This document shows positions 12,643 through 26,854 of a stretch of 64,000 bases of DNA, in pieces. The stretch is from Octopus sinensis. Taxonomy: Eukaryota. The notes below the pieces were generated by a model. The model searched no databases. It worked only from the letters and a program-made list of their open reading frames with translations, and was not told the DNA's origin. How positions within the stretch are numbered: the stretch's first letter is position 1; the number at the start of each line of letters is the position of its first letter. Made by a program: the position numbers and the translations under genes. The stretch covers positions 48,918,001 through 48,982,000 of the forward strand of contig NC_043001.1 in NCBI RefSeq assembly GCF_006345805.1. Direction: 5' to 3'.

Positions 12643-14284
12643 CATCATCATCATCGTTTAGCGTCCGCTTTCCATGCTAGCATGGGTTGGCCGATTCAAC
12701 TGGAGTCTGGGAAGCCAGAAGGCTGCACCAGGCCCAGTCTGATCTGGCAATGTTTCTACGGCTGGATGCCCTTCCTAACGCCAACCACTCCATGAGTGTA
12801 GTGGGTGCTTTTTACGTGCCAGACGAGTCTGGCAAACGGCCACGAACAGATGGTGCTTTTTACGTGCCACCGGCACGAGGCCAGTTGGGGCGGCGCTGGC
12901 AACGGCCACGTTCGGATGGTTCTCTTACGTGCCACCGGCACTGGTATCTCAGCTGCAATTTCCATTGATCGATTTCGATTCTGATTCTCACTTGCCTCAA
13001 CAGGTCTTCACAAGTAGAGTTTTGTGTCCCAAGAAGGGAAGGTATGCATAAGTGGACTGGCTACATCCCGTGTAGAAGGCCACGGGTTATGGTCTCACTT
13101 GTCCTGCCGGGTCTTCTCACGCACAGCATACTTCCAGAGGTCTCGGTCTCTAGTCATTTCCTCATTGAAACCTAAAGTTCGAAGGTCGCGCTTCACCACC
13201 TCGTCCCAGGTTTTCCTGGGTCTGCCTCTTCCACAGGTTCCCTCAACCGCTAGGGTGTGGCACTTTTTCACACAACTATCTTCATCCATTCTCGCCACAT
13301 GACCATACCAGCGCAAACGTCTCTCTTGCACACCACATCTGATGCTTCTTGGGTCCAGCTTTTCTCTCAAGGTACTTACACTCTGTCGAGTATGAACACT
13401 GACATTACACATCCATCGGAGTATACTGGCTTCATTTCTAGCGAGCTTACGCATATCCTCAGCAGTCACGGCCCATGTTTCACTGCCATGTAGCATGGCT
13501 GTTCGTACACACGCGTAATACAGTCTGCCTTTTACTCTGAGCGAGAGGCCTTTTGTCACCAGCAGAGGTAAGAGCTCTCTGAACTTTGCCCAAGCTATTC
13601 TTACTCTAGCAGTTACACTTTCAGCACACCCGCCCCCGCTACTGACTTGGTCACCTAGGTAACGGAAGCTATCAACTATTTCTAGTTTTTCTCCCTGGAA
13701 AGTGGCAGAAATTGGTCTCGGAGCATTTTCAGTGTTTATTGTTCCTGAGCATCTGCCACATACAAAAACTATCTTCCTAGTTAGCCTTCCTTTGACATTG
13801 CTGCACCTCTTATGTGTCCATAGCTTACACTTGGTGCATCTTATAGAGTTTCTACCTACACCTTTTCTACAGATCGAGCAGGGCCATCTACCTTAAGGCG
13901 TTTGTGATTTGTCTACCTTCCTACTTATTACGACTTTGGTTTTAGCTAGATTGACTCTAAGGCCCTTCGATTCTAAACCATGCTTCCACACCTGAAACTT
14001 CTCCTCCAGTTCTGATAGTGACTCAGCAATTAGAGCAAGGTCATCAGCATAGAGGAGCTCCCAGGGGCATCCTGTCTTGAATTCCTCCGTTATTGCCTAG
14101 AGGACTATGATAAATAGGAGGGGGCTGAGGACTGAGCCTTGGTGGACCCCTACCTCTACCTGGAATTCTTCATTGTACTCGTTGCCAACTCTCACCTTAC
14201 TAGCAGCGTCCCTGTACATGGCTCGCACAGCTCTCACTAACCATTCATCTATCCCTAGTTTCCTCATTGACCACCAGATAAGGG

Positions 14285-14290
<6 letters not shown>
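12643..14290 (-). mobile_element. 5'-truncated RTE-clade LINE (RT C-terminal half plus 3'UTR), inactivated
   Basis: [46 protein letters not shown]; in-frame stop at 14097; 3'UTR with GTGCCGGTGGCAC repeats and (GAT)n tail. Confidence 0.93.
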
Positions 14291-14381
<91 letters not shown>

Positions 14382-14517
14382 CATACATACATGCATACAT
14401 ACATACATACATACATACATCCATACATACATATATTCTATAGCGTCAGGCCGACCAAAGCCTTGTGAGTGGATTTGGTAGACAAAAATTGAAACAAGAC
14501 TATCGTGTATATGTATA

Positions 14518-14557
<40 letters not shown>

Positions 14558-14739
14558 TACTCCCGCCATCGCTTGATAGCAAAGGACACCGTTAGAATAA
14601 GTACTAGTGATCGATTTGTTCCAATAAAGGCGATGCTCCAACATGGCCGCACTCACATGACTGAAGGAAGAAAAGCAATTAAAAAAAATATGCTATTTTA
14701 ATCCATAGCAACGCCGGGTATCTCTAATAGTTTATTATA

Positions 14740-15002
14740 TTAGGTTGGTGCATAATTATTGCGGCTTTTTTTTTTATTTCAATAAACTTCATTCAACAAA
14801 AACAATAACAACATTAAACAAAAACATCTTTAAATGATTATTCCGACCTGCTGCCAAGCAAATGGGAAGCAGCAACTGAATTAGATGGTGTATATGGTCC
14901 GGAATAATCATTTAAAGATGTTTTTGTTAAATGTTGTTATTGTCTTTGTTGAATAAAATTTATTGAAAAAAAAAAAGCCGCAATAATTATGCACCAACCT
15001 AA
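14740..15002. mobile_element. mariner-derived fold-back MITE
   Basis: TA|TTAGGTTGGTGCATAATTATTGCGG...CCGCAATAATTATGCACCAACCTAA|TA (Hsmar1/MADE1-like TIR); arms about 105 bp; spacer reads LPSKWEAATELDGVY, a mariner C-terminus. Confidence 0.85.
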
Positions 15003-15049
15003 TATATATATATATAGCAATGATATATATATGAAGTAAAATGTATTTG

Positions 15050-15720
<671 letters not shown>

Positions 15721-16199
15721 CCAGATGGTGTAGATTATGATTATGTCGAAATTTGGAATTAAAATTTGTTCCCACCCCCACCCAAATATTCTTAATCTCT
15801 GTACTTTTTCACGTAGATTGAACAAAAAAAAAAATTCGAAAAAAGTTAAAAATTAAAAATGGGGTAGCGAGAGGGGAATTAAAAAATTTGAAAACATGGT
15901 TTTTTGCATATATGGAATCTCCGTCGTCGAAAACATAGGAATCCGGTGAAACAAAAAAAAAGAAAAACGGAAAGGTCAATTTCGGGAGTGTGGGGACTGT
16001 GCATCAGGCCATGGAGGTGCTTATCTCCCCCTTTGTAAACATAAGGACATGGGAAATGTGTCAAGGCCGACAGGAAACGGTGCTTCCTAGGGCTAAATAG
16101 CAATAGTATCATTCCCTTTCATGGGACTGTTACATTAAGTTGACAACATACCACCACTTTATATACATATAATTAATCACCCCCCCCCCCAAAAAAAAA

Positions 16200-16390
16200 G
16201 AGGAAAAATACAAGAAAAAACAACGTTAGGGCGTGGTACAAACAAAGTATTAGCAGAGGCTCAGGGGAAGAAAGAAAAGTAGTTTTACGTTTCGAGCAAA
16301 GCTCTTCGTCAGAAACAGGAGATGGAAGAAAAAACATCGCCAACGATCCACATGTGGTTACATTGTGAAATGACCAGAAGGGATATATAT
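16200..16390 (-). mobile_element. Penelope-like element terminal (pLTR) fragment with minimal hammerhead
   Basis: Contains CTGACGA-helix II-GAAACGTA; homologous + strand copy at 52100-52300. Confidence 0.6.
16278..16320 (-). ncRNA. Minimal type I hammerhead ribozyme motif (intact core)
   Basis: Minus strand GTTT CTGACGA A GAGC TTT GCTC GAAAC GTA AAAC: helix I GTTT/AAAC, helix II GAGC/GCTC, palindromic ACGT helix III, GUA cleavage triplet. Confidence 0.7.
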
Positions 16391-16949
16391 TAGCCCATTT
16401 TTATCTAAACTGGAATGCAAGATTTCCACGTTCATATTTGAATTTTTTGTGTTTCTATAATATCACTCGCTTTAATGCATTCACTACCTCGATGGGCATA
16501 TAACAACAAGCCAGCCGACACTAAAACCTTTAAGATCCAAACTGATGGGCCGAAATATATGTTGTACCCAATAAAAGTCTTATACTAAATCCATCTCCTA
16601 CTTTTAATTAATACTATTACCCTAACTGCTATTGTGGGGTTCCTGAAGTAAATCCAATGGAAGTGTACCACAACTGCGCATGACAACAGGTAGCCTAAAC
16701 TGTCCATGTACTCTACTCAACATTTAAACACATTAATCGACTTATACTTATTTGGCCAAATTGTTTATCATATATATGTATGTGTGCGTGTGTGTTTTAT
16801 CGTTTGTTTGTTTGTCATTAGACTGCGGCCTTGCTGGGGCATCACCTTGAATTTTTAGTTGAATGAATAGAACCTAATACTTTTTTTTTTTCAACACTGG
16901 TTGTCAAGCGGTAGTGGAGGACAAGCACTGACACACACTCATACACACA

Positions 16950-17020
<71 letters not shown>

Positions 17021-17149
17021 GGTATGTAGAAAAATACAACATGGACAAGAACGTATAACTCTTAGAAGACGATACAGTAAACACGGACAGGACATTCGAA
17101 ACCCTCAGTCTTCAATCAAGAACCGGATCATCGTAGTAATTTCGGCTGA

Positions 17150-17194
<45 letters not shown>

Positions 17195-17339
17195 TGTGTG
17201 TGTCAGTGCTTGTCCTCCACTACCGCTTGACAACCAGTGTTGAAAAAAAATAAGTATTAGGTTCTATTCATTCAACTAAAAATTCAAGGTGATGCCCCAG
17301 CAAGGCCGCAGTCTTGAATGAAAAATAAAAACCTTTATT

Positions 17340-17387
<48 letters not shown>

Positions 17388-17544
17388 ATATACATAAAGG
17401 TTTTTATTTTTCATTCACTTCGAAATTTACTATAAAATTGTGGTTTTTGGCCGTGTTGGCTGCTATTTCTAGCATGTAAAATTACCTGTTAAAGGGTAAT
17501 TTTCTATTTTGAAATACGTATATTTATTTTTATTTATTATTTTT

Positions 17545-17924
17545 ATTTTACTTGTTTCAGTCATTTGACTGCGGCCATGCTGGAGCACCGCCTTTAATCG
17601 AGCAACTCGACCCCGGGACCTATTCTTTTGTAAGTCCAGTACTTATTCTATCGGTCTGTTTTGCCGAACCGCTAAGTGACGGGGACGTAAACACACCAGC
17701 ATCGGTTGTCAAGCAATGCTAGGGGGACAAGCACAGACACACATATACATATACATATATATATATATACGACAGGCTTCTTTCAGTTTCCAAATCCACT
17801 CACAAGGCATTGGTCGGCCCGGGGCTATAGCAGAAGACACTTGCCCAAGATGTCACGCAGTGGGACTGAACCCGGAACCATGTGGTTGGTTAGCAAGCTA
17901 CTTACCACACAGCCACTCCTGCGC

Positions 17925-17926
<2 letters not shown>
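17545..17926 (-). mobile_element. SINE family A, full length
   Basis: Same head/CORE/tail as 10165-10536. Confidence 0.88.
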
Positions 17927-18015
<89 letters not shown>

Positions 18016-18529
18016 ATATATATATATTTGTAAAAAATGAAGTTCGAAAATGCTGCTGTATTATACAATTTTTAATTTTTATATATACATTATAACATGT
18101 TTCAGTTCCTGAAATGAACCTTATCAAAAAAAGTTATATATAAAAAGAAACAGCTCATGCCGTCAAACACAAGAAATTCATTTATAATACACAACGGAGT
18201 CAGACATCTTAGAGTTCATGTATAGTTGATATATAGTTCATGTATAGTTGATATATAGTTCATGTATAGTTGATATATAGTTTGAAGTATATGTTCAAAG
18301 TGTTCGATGCAGTGGCCCACGGTGGCGATACGTATTCAATACAAAAAACAGATCAAAGTGGTGGAAAGCGGTCAATACAGAAGATTGATGTTTCCGAAAG
18401 AGCGAGGAATTCATTTTTACCTTAAGCAATTGTGATGACCCATGGTGGAAGTTCGCTGGGTGGTTCTAGTGAGTTTTTGTAAAATGCTCGGTTTTATAAT
18501 GCCTGTTAGGTGGTCAATCTAGTGTAGCG

Positions 18530-18797
18530 TGACGTCATCAATGTTTTGACCAATCGTTTCGTTAGGTGGCTTTAATCAAGTGGAACGGGACGTCATCATT
18601 ATTTTGACCAATCGCTGCATTATAACACCCTCTTGTTTGTTTCCTGTCTTGACCAGTCGCTTCGTTAGTCAAGCATAGCGGGACGTCATCCAGATTCTGC
18701 CCAATCACGACTTATAGCTACATTAGATCTGCCCCCTGTCTGTACTTGTTAGGTGACTATTCAAGCAGAAAAGGACGTCATCAATATTCTGACTAAT
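18530..18797. promoter_or_regulatory. Four-fold CRE/ATF plus CCAAT composite motif array
   Basis: GACGTCATC-N10-CCAAT with GACGTCA at 18531, 18589, 18682, 18774 (fourth has CTAAT); extra CCAAT at 18841; function inferred. Confidence 0.5.
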
Positions 18798-20290
18798 GAC
18801 TGTCCCCTGTTTGTATCCTGTCCATTCTAGCAGAGCTAGACCAATCAGAATCGGGTCTGACCCTTAGCTGTATCGTATGTATCAGGGTCAGATTTGCACG
18901 AAAGAATTTTTTTCCTTTTTTACTAAGGCATATTTCCGTCAGAGTGAGTGTCTGTTTGAAGTAGCCGGCCGTGGTGAAATTTGGTTCTCCTTTTCGGAGG
19001 ACTTATCTTTTGTTTTAGTATTCCTGGCCCAGGGTGTTTAAACTTGGTCTATATATATATATATATATATATATATGATCAATACAATAAGATATTATAT
19101 GTTAATATATTAAGATATATATTATATACATTATAACATATATGGTTTGTAGGCAATTAAAAACCAAAAGGGCTTTTAATTAATAAATGAGGGTGCAAAA
19201 TAGCACTGGCGATTGTTGCTAGAAAGGAAAGTCAAAACTTAAGTCAGAAAGCCACTAAAAGCACTAGCCTCATGATACTTACGAGATTCAGGCACAGCAA
19301 GCTAAACGATCTTTCTTTAGTAAATTCACTCTGAAAATTTACCCCCAAATGACCTCGAAAACCATATCAGGTGGCAGAATTTTGAGGGCTTTAGCTAAGG
19401 GGGGCGACTCTGCCTGAACAAATAGACTGAGATGTACAAATAGTGTAATCGTACAGAATTTCAATACAAAGTTTTCAATTCATTATCTTGTGGTTAGTAA
19501 TCCATTACCTCAAATTCGAAGCCATTAAGTCTTTAAACATAATTTTACTGGGTTTAGTCTTTCGACTGTCGCCATGATGGAGTATTACCTTCAAAAATTT
19601 AATTGATCATTCTGGGGATCTTTTCCTTTTGAACGGCATATGTCAACACAATTTCTAGTTAACTAAACACTTTAAAACTTCTGCCGTTCAAAAGGAAAAG
19701 ATCCGAGATCTCTGCTTGATAAGCTTTGAGACATAGTGGGACATAGTACTAGGTTTAACATCAAATGCAAACACACACACACGCGAGCGCGCGCATACAC
19801 TCATATACACACACGCACACACACACACACATTAGGTGCAAGAATGACTGTATGGTTGAGAGGTTTGCTCCCGAACCACATGGTTCCACGTTTAGTCCCT
19901 CTGCGTGGTACCTTGGGCAAGTGTTTTCTGCTATAGCCGTAGCCGAACAACAGACTGAATTTGGTAGGCGGAAACTGCGGTGTTGTTCATCAGAAAATGA
20001 CAGAAAAACATGTTTATAAAGAAGAGTCGTTTGTTTCATACTCCTTGTGTACCGATTCTGTCCATAAGAAAGGAACAAATAAAACAATGTGGCTGTAGAT
20101 CATAAGGTCATAACACCTGGGCAATGCTGGGGTGCATTGCTAGTGTATATATATATATATATATCTATATTATATATATATATACGCACACCGATATAAA
20201 TAGATAGATATATAAGGAAATGCTGAAAAGTTTCTAGCTTTGGGTAAAGGAAAACACTGGAGGATTAGTTAATTATAATTTTATTCAACA

Positions 20291-20410
20291 CTAGCAGTAT
20301 AACCCGGCCTTGCCCGGATTATTAAGCTAATTAAATTCGTTATTTCAAACCAAACTAAGTAATATAGCCGTCAAATTTGGGCGAAATCCGTTGAAATTAG
20401 TTATATTATA

Positions 20411-20494
<84 letters not shown>

Positions 20495-21338
20495 TATATA
20501 TAATATATATGGACAACAGATACGAACCCACATACACACGTACGTACGTACACCTATTGCATGTTTTGTTCACACATACATGTTCATAAACAGAGATGAA
20601 TGGAAAAAATGTTAAATTTGTAGATTAACACTCGCACAATTTTCACTAAGAAAAAAAATCGTTTTTCTTTTTTTGCATGGAATCAACTACTCTGGCCTCA
20701 AAATCTTTTTTGTGGTCCGTGAAACGGAGTGGGGTTTGGTGGAAGCATCACAAATTGTACCCATTTATAGTGTGTAATTCTCTGACAAATTGTTACTCAC
20801 CTCTTTGTTTCTTTGTTGTTAAATACATGGATTGTCAGCAAAACACTTTTTTACTCGGCGTAGAATAAAAACAAAACTCTTTCACACCCAAAGTAATGTG
20901 TGAGAGAGAGGGGGGGAAGATGAACGATTTAAAATAAATATATTGTAATTGTTGTGTGAGAAAGTATATATACTATGATTATAAAGTATAGTATCTTTCC
21001 AAAACAAAAAATAAAACATTTTACATTTTATTTTTTATGAACGTAGTCACTTACTCTCTCTCCGTCTCTCTCTTTGTCTTTCCAGTGAAACTCTCTGCCT
21101 CCTTCTTCCACTTTTCTTTATCTTATTGTTTATGGTTAAAAGCTATGGTTGAAAATAGATTTTTACCCTATCCGTGGGTGCCTCGGGGGGAGGGGGAATA
21201 AGTTGACAAAACCCGGATAGGATGTTGACAAATGTCCTCCTAAAATTTGAGCAACATGCGTGCTAATTTGTGGTCATGCATAAATTACAATCACGTACAC
21301 ACACACACGCACACACATCCTCCCTTTTATAGATATGA
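20291..21338 (-). mobile_element. Non-autonomous Helitron
   Basis: Minus strand 5' TC(ATATCTATAAAA), 3' CCGG hairpin then CTAG|T; internal (TA)n and (CA)n. Confidence 0.6.
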
Positions 21339-24300
21339 TATCCCCCTCTCAGATGGACGCACTTATCACAGCTGTCCTTCAGTTTTTCTAAACCCTGTAA
21401 AAGAACTCCAACCAGGCGTTTCGTGATGCCCTTAAAGTCAGGAACTTTTCAGCACCTGCTTGTATATTCTCACCACTCCTACTCCTTGCTCATTACCCCC
21501 CTACCTTCTGATCTATCCTTTCTGAGCCTCTTTTACACCCTCTCCCCACCCTTACATTTCTTTATGCATATATTTTCCATCAATTGCATTTCTACCCTTG
21601 TTCATCACTCTCTACATTCACCTCTAATCATCTCTTAGTTTCCCTACACACTCTTATGAAGTATTTACTCTCTCTCACCTTCCATCCTATGAACCTCTGC
21701 CTGTCTCCTCTTTTGTACTCACCTTTCTTCTACCTTGAGTATTTTCTCTGGTACTCCATCACTACCTTCTTTTATCTCCTTCTCAACTACTTCCACACCT
21801 ATATAATGTGGGATAGCCATGTAGCTCCTCTATACCAAGATGCCTGTTCTTGTCTCTTTTTCATACTTTAGATTTTTCAACACTTGCACCTCCCCATCTC
21901 AAATACTCCCCACCCCCACTTTATAGCAGAAGCTTTCTCCTTACCCTTTTTCTTTGTTATTTCTCTGATCAACAATTTAGGACAGATATTTTCCTTCCCA
22001 GTGATGACAGAAATTAGATATTAACATTTTTTTCCTTTCCCCCTCTCTTTATGCCATTGCCTTACTCTGCTCTACTACAAATTCTGAAAGTTACTGACAA
22101 TGGTCTCGGTGGTGGGGGATGTAATAGACTAGCGAGGTTAGATTAATTACGTCCCTTGGCTAGTAAATGCCACCAGGTAGCGTCACAGCTGACTCCTATA
22201 TATTCCAGAGGTTGTGAATTTTTTCCCTCTCTCTCTCATGACTTGGCCACCAAGAAGTGCCTATGCCAGGACAGCATGCAAGAGCTTCTCTGAAATGTTC
22301 CGACTACTGCTATTTTCCCCTGACCAAATGTTCAACAAAGTATACTCATTATTTACAAAATGTTTTGCTTAACTCCAGTAATTTCTATGAACTCTCTGTG
22401 TGAATATTGTATATATATTGAATGAGACACTGCAGCTCATTGCTTTCACTCACAACAATAGAAAAATGTGTTGCGGATAATGTGTTTCCTTATTGCATTT
22501 TTCTCACGAACATTAGTGGTAACATCTTACTCACACTCAACCACTAAAAGAGGAAATAAAGTTAAAATAAGCAGTGACCGCTATTGTAGAAACTGAAGAG
22601 ATAGAAAAGACACAGTAAATCAGTGACCAAATTATTGAGAAAGTACTGGTGAATAAATAGGTACTGAGTTCAATTCAGATAAGGATATCAACAGGGTACT
22701 AGGATGCCTTTCCATTTTTTAAACACCTCTCTGAATATTTTTTGAATTCTTAATCTGATGTTCTAAGGCAACATTTCTCAATGATCTTATTCTTAGATAA
22801 TCCATGAAATACATTCCATGTCTCAAAAGAATTCCTACATGAAAATTGTTATACTCCTTCATAAAATTAAATTTTGAAATGTTTGATAGTCCTTCAGGTG
22901 CCACAAAGAATATTTAAGGAATTTCATCTTAACCAAGACTTGTTTAGACCAAAATTTCCCTACATTTTCAAGAAGTCATATTTACAATGAGGGTATTCTT
23001 ACCAGTTACAAATGATGGCAAACATACTTTGCACATATGATACAATTAGAAATAAAGAAATGAATACAAAAATGATTGAAAAATGCATTTGTGTATAATC
23101 AATCTGATTACAACTATTTCAATTGGAGCTCTTAGCACCCTCTTACTGAACTTTGGAGTTCTGAATACCCCCAGCACTACCCAAAGGTAACTTTACAGTG
23201 AATAACAACTTATAATGATTAGTGTAATAACTTGATTTTAGTTATTTGCCCTTTGGCATTTAAACTGGCCATATCTGGCCAAAATATTTAACAAGTTTTA
23301 TGCCCAAACTGGCCAGATCTGGCCTCTCTGACCTTACTCTACAATGTCCAACTAGAACCAAACAATCACATCATCGAAATTTTGAAAGTATAAAATATTG
23401 CTTGAATAATTCAAAATAACATGAATAAACAAGCATTGTATTTGACGGACTAATCTGAGTGCTAAAAGGTTAATGTTTATTATCCTACTACAATGGTGTG
23501 TGTTCAAATCCCACTGGCCTTAATTTGCAATTGATTTCCCTTGGTTGAATGAAATAAGTAGCAGTCATATGACTGTGTCGACCAGGCAATCAGATGTTGT
23601 TATACACCACTGGTCACAATGCACTTCCTTGCATTGTTGTAGCTTTTGAATGATGCCACCCCTGCAGGCTAGGTCGGCATAGAAGACTATTCTCTCATTG
23701 GGTTACCCATTTATAAGCTGAGTAGACTGGAGCAACATGAAATGAAGTATTTTGCTCAAGAACACAATGTACCACCAGTCTGGGAATTGAAACCACGATT
23801 GTAAGATCATGAGTGTGACACCCTAACCACTAAGCCACATGTCAATCATGTAGCAGTCATACTTTGGGGTAAATTCAAGTAACTGCACACCTCCCTTTTT
23901 CAAATGTTTGGTCTTCAGTGCAAGTAGTTTTAATTTTCATCTCAGTGGGAGTAAATAAATTAGTACCAGTTATACATTAGGAGAGGTTATATTTTTTATA
24001 GATTATATTTCTCTGCCAAGGTATATAATCTATTAGCCCTTCTTTTTGTTCTGTTGAGAAATCAACAACTTCTAATCTTAAGATGTTTAAATAAATCATT
24101 TTATATGCTGAACAGATTACACCTCTCACTTGCATTCTCTCCTTCATATTCTGGTATGAAAAAAAAAAATCCTTTTACCCCAGAATGTCTAACTTCAATT
24201 AATATTATCCCTGGGAGAGCTATAATGAAATACTAAAGCTAGGAATGTGGTACAAATGAAACTAAAAGCTCAGTTTTCAGTGATATAAAAATAGTTATAA

Positions 24301-24359
24301 TAAATATATGGTTGATTGATGTAAGAAATATTGCATTCTCTTCTATTTACAATATATAG

Positions 24360-24444
24360 CATCTGAAATCTGAACCGGAAATCTATGGAAATCATAATCC
24401 AAATCTGGACTTCTACAGTAATAGCAGAAAGTCCGAACCAAATG
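24360..24444 (+). CDS. OGFRL1: OGFr-like exon A (85 nt, phase 0 to 1)
   Basis: Acceptor ...tatttacaatatatag|CATCTG, donor AATG|gtaagt; only one open frame (HLKSEPE...NPNLDFYSN...EPNG). Confidence 0.85.
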
Positions 24445-24974
24445 GTAAGTTGGCTTCTGTCATCTTTATTTTCATTACAGGCCCAGCATAGCTATGTGAT
24501 TAAGAAGCTAGCTTTGAAACTGCATGGTGTTTGGATTTAGTCCTACCGTGTGGCACCTTGGACAAGAATCTTCTACTATGTCCCAGGGCTGATCAGTACT
24601 TTGTGTTTGAATTTGGCAGATGCAAACTGGAAGCCCTTCTGTGTGTGCGTGTGTGTTTATTTTTATTCTTTACTAAGGATAAAATCACTTTAATGGTGTT
24701 ATCAAGTGGTCAGTGTGAAAAAAAATCTCATAGATAATTTTTATATACTAAATTCATTATTATATTAAAGGGATTGGATTAACTGATCCAACATGCTAGA
24801 GATACATATCAACTGGCACTAAAAACCATCTTATTTTCCCTTCAGCACAGGTTGTAAATATAACTTTCTAGTTAATTGTGTATTGTTTTTAGTGCCATTT
24901 GGTATCTATCTCTAGCATATTGGAGCAGTTAATCCAATTCCTTTAATATAATTATGCATATAATTATAAATTTA

Positions 24975-25032
<58 letters not shown>

Positions 25033-25435
25033 TTATATATATCTTTATATATAAAAGTGAAGTTGTGTGTCTGTCTCCTACGATTTAGATTCCTAACTAC
25101 TCTCACATTTTGCGGTGCAGTGTAACCAAAAGCGGGTATCTTATAGTTGTGATTCATATCGAGCCCTTCTGGGTATTAGCGTATGTCTACGATGAGTCTA
25201 CGATTTAAAAAAAAATTTACCATCATTTTTTCCCATTTTTAATGCATTTTTTGGCTATTATATAAGGGAAGTAACTCTCTAAAAATGTATTATTAAATCT
25301 CAGAACATAAAAAGCTACAGTAACACCCCCCTTTGTGGTTAGCCATATTGAGATGGCTATTATACTTTGCATCTCTAAAAATGCTTATATAGTTATTTCC
25401 CTTACAAACCTGAGCAACGCCGGGCGATACTGCTA

Positions 25436-25481
<46 letters not shown>

Positions 25482-26612
25482 TCATCATCATCATCATTGT
25501 TTAGCATCCGCTTTCCATGCTAGCATGGGTTGGACGGTTCAACTGGGGTCTGGGAAGCCAGAAGGCTGCACCAGGCCCAGTCTGATCTGGCAATGTTTCT
25601 ACAGCTGGATGCCCTTCCTAATGCCAACCACTCTGTGAGTGTAGTGGGTGCTTTTTACATGCCACCGGTACAGGTGCCAGGTGAGGCTGGCAATGGCCAC
25701 GATCGGATGGTGCTTTTTACGTGCCACTGGCATGGAGGCCAGTCAGGGTGGCGCTGGCAACGGCCACGTTCGGATGGTTCTCTTATGTGCCACTGGCACT
25801 GGTATCACAGCTACAGTTTCTATTGATGTTGATCGATTTTGATTTTGATTTTGATTTTGATTTTATGTATATATATGTGGGGATGATCTTTGTGTTCATA
25901 TATTATGCTCCCTTTCTTTTACCCAAAGCTAGGAGCTTTTCAGCACATGTATGTATATATATATATGTATATGTATAGTTGCAGAAGTGGCCGTGTGTAA
26001 GTAGCTTGCTTACCAACTGCAGGGAGGTGTGCAAATTTACATGAGTATATGACTGCTACATGATGACATGTAGCTTAGTGGTTAGGGTGTCACACTCACG
26101 ATCTTGTATATGTTTGTGTATCTGTGTTTGTCCCCCTAACATCACTTGACCACTGATGCTGATGTGTTTTCATCACCATAACTTAGCAGTTGGGCAAAAC
26201 AGCCCGATAAAATAAGTACTATGCTTACAAAAAATAAGTCCTGAGGTTGATTTGTTTGACTAAAGGTGGTGCTCCAGCACGGCCGCAGTCACAACTGAAA
26301 CAGGTAAAAGAATATATAAAATGAATGAAATACATAAACAAATGAGGGGAAAATGAGTGAAATACGTAGTAAACAATGAAGGCTTGAAGTGAGGAGTAGA
26401 TAGACAGCTGACAACTGATGAAGGATCCTTTTTCTTTGTTAAATTGTCCTGTTTTCCATGGTTTTCTTGTTGTTTTCATATTTCACTCATTTATCCCTCA
26501 TTTGTTTATGTATTTCACTTGTTTTTGTCCTGTAACTGCTGTCCACGTCTTGTATCTTTCTCTTGTGTGTATGTTATTTGCACCGTTGGTGACATTCTGT
26601 ACCCATATATGC

Positions 26613-26654
<42 letters not shown>

Positions 26655-26738
26655 TGTTATTTATTTATTTAATTGAACGTGACGCATCCATTCCCAAGTA
26701 GGTTTATATTCACCTATATCTATGTATATGTATGTATA

Positions 26739-26805
<67 letters not shown>

Positions 26806-26807
26806 TA

Positions 26808-26854
<47 letters not shown>

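Noticed and set aside
17090-17152. Possible additional hammerhead
   Set aside because: CTGA/GAAA-like pieces are not in the right order or pairing on either strand.
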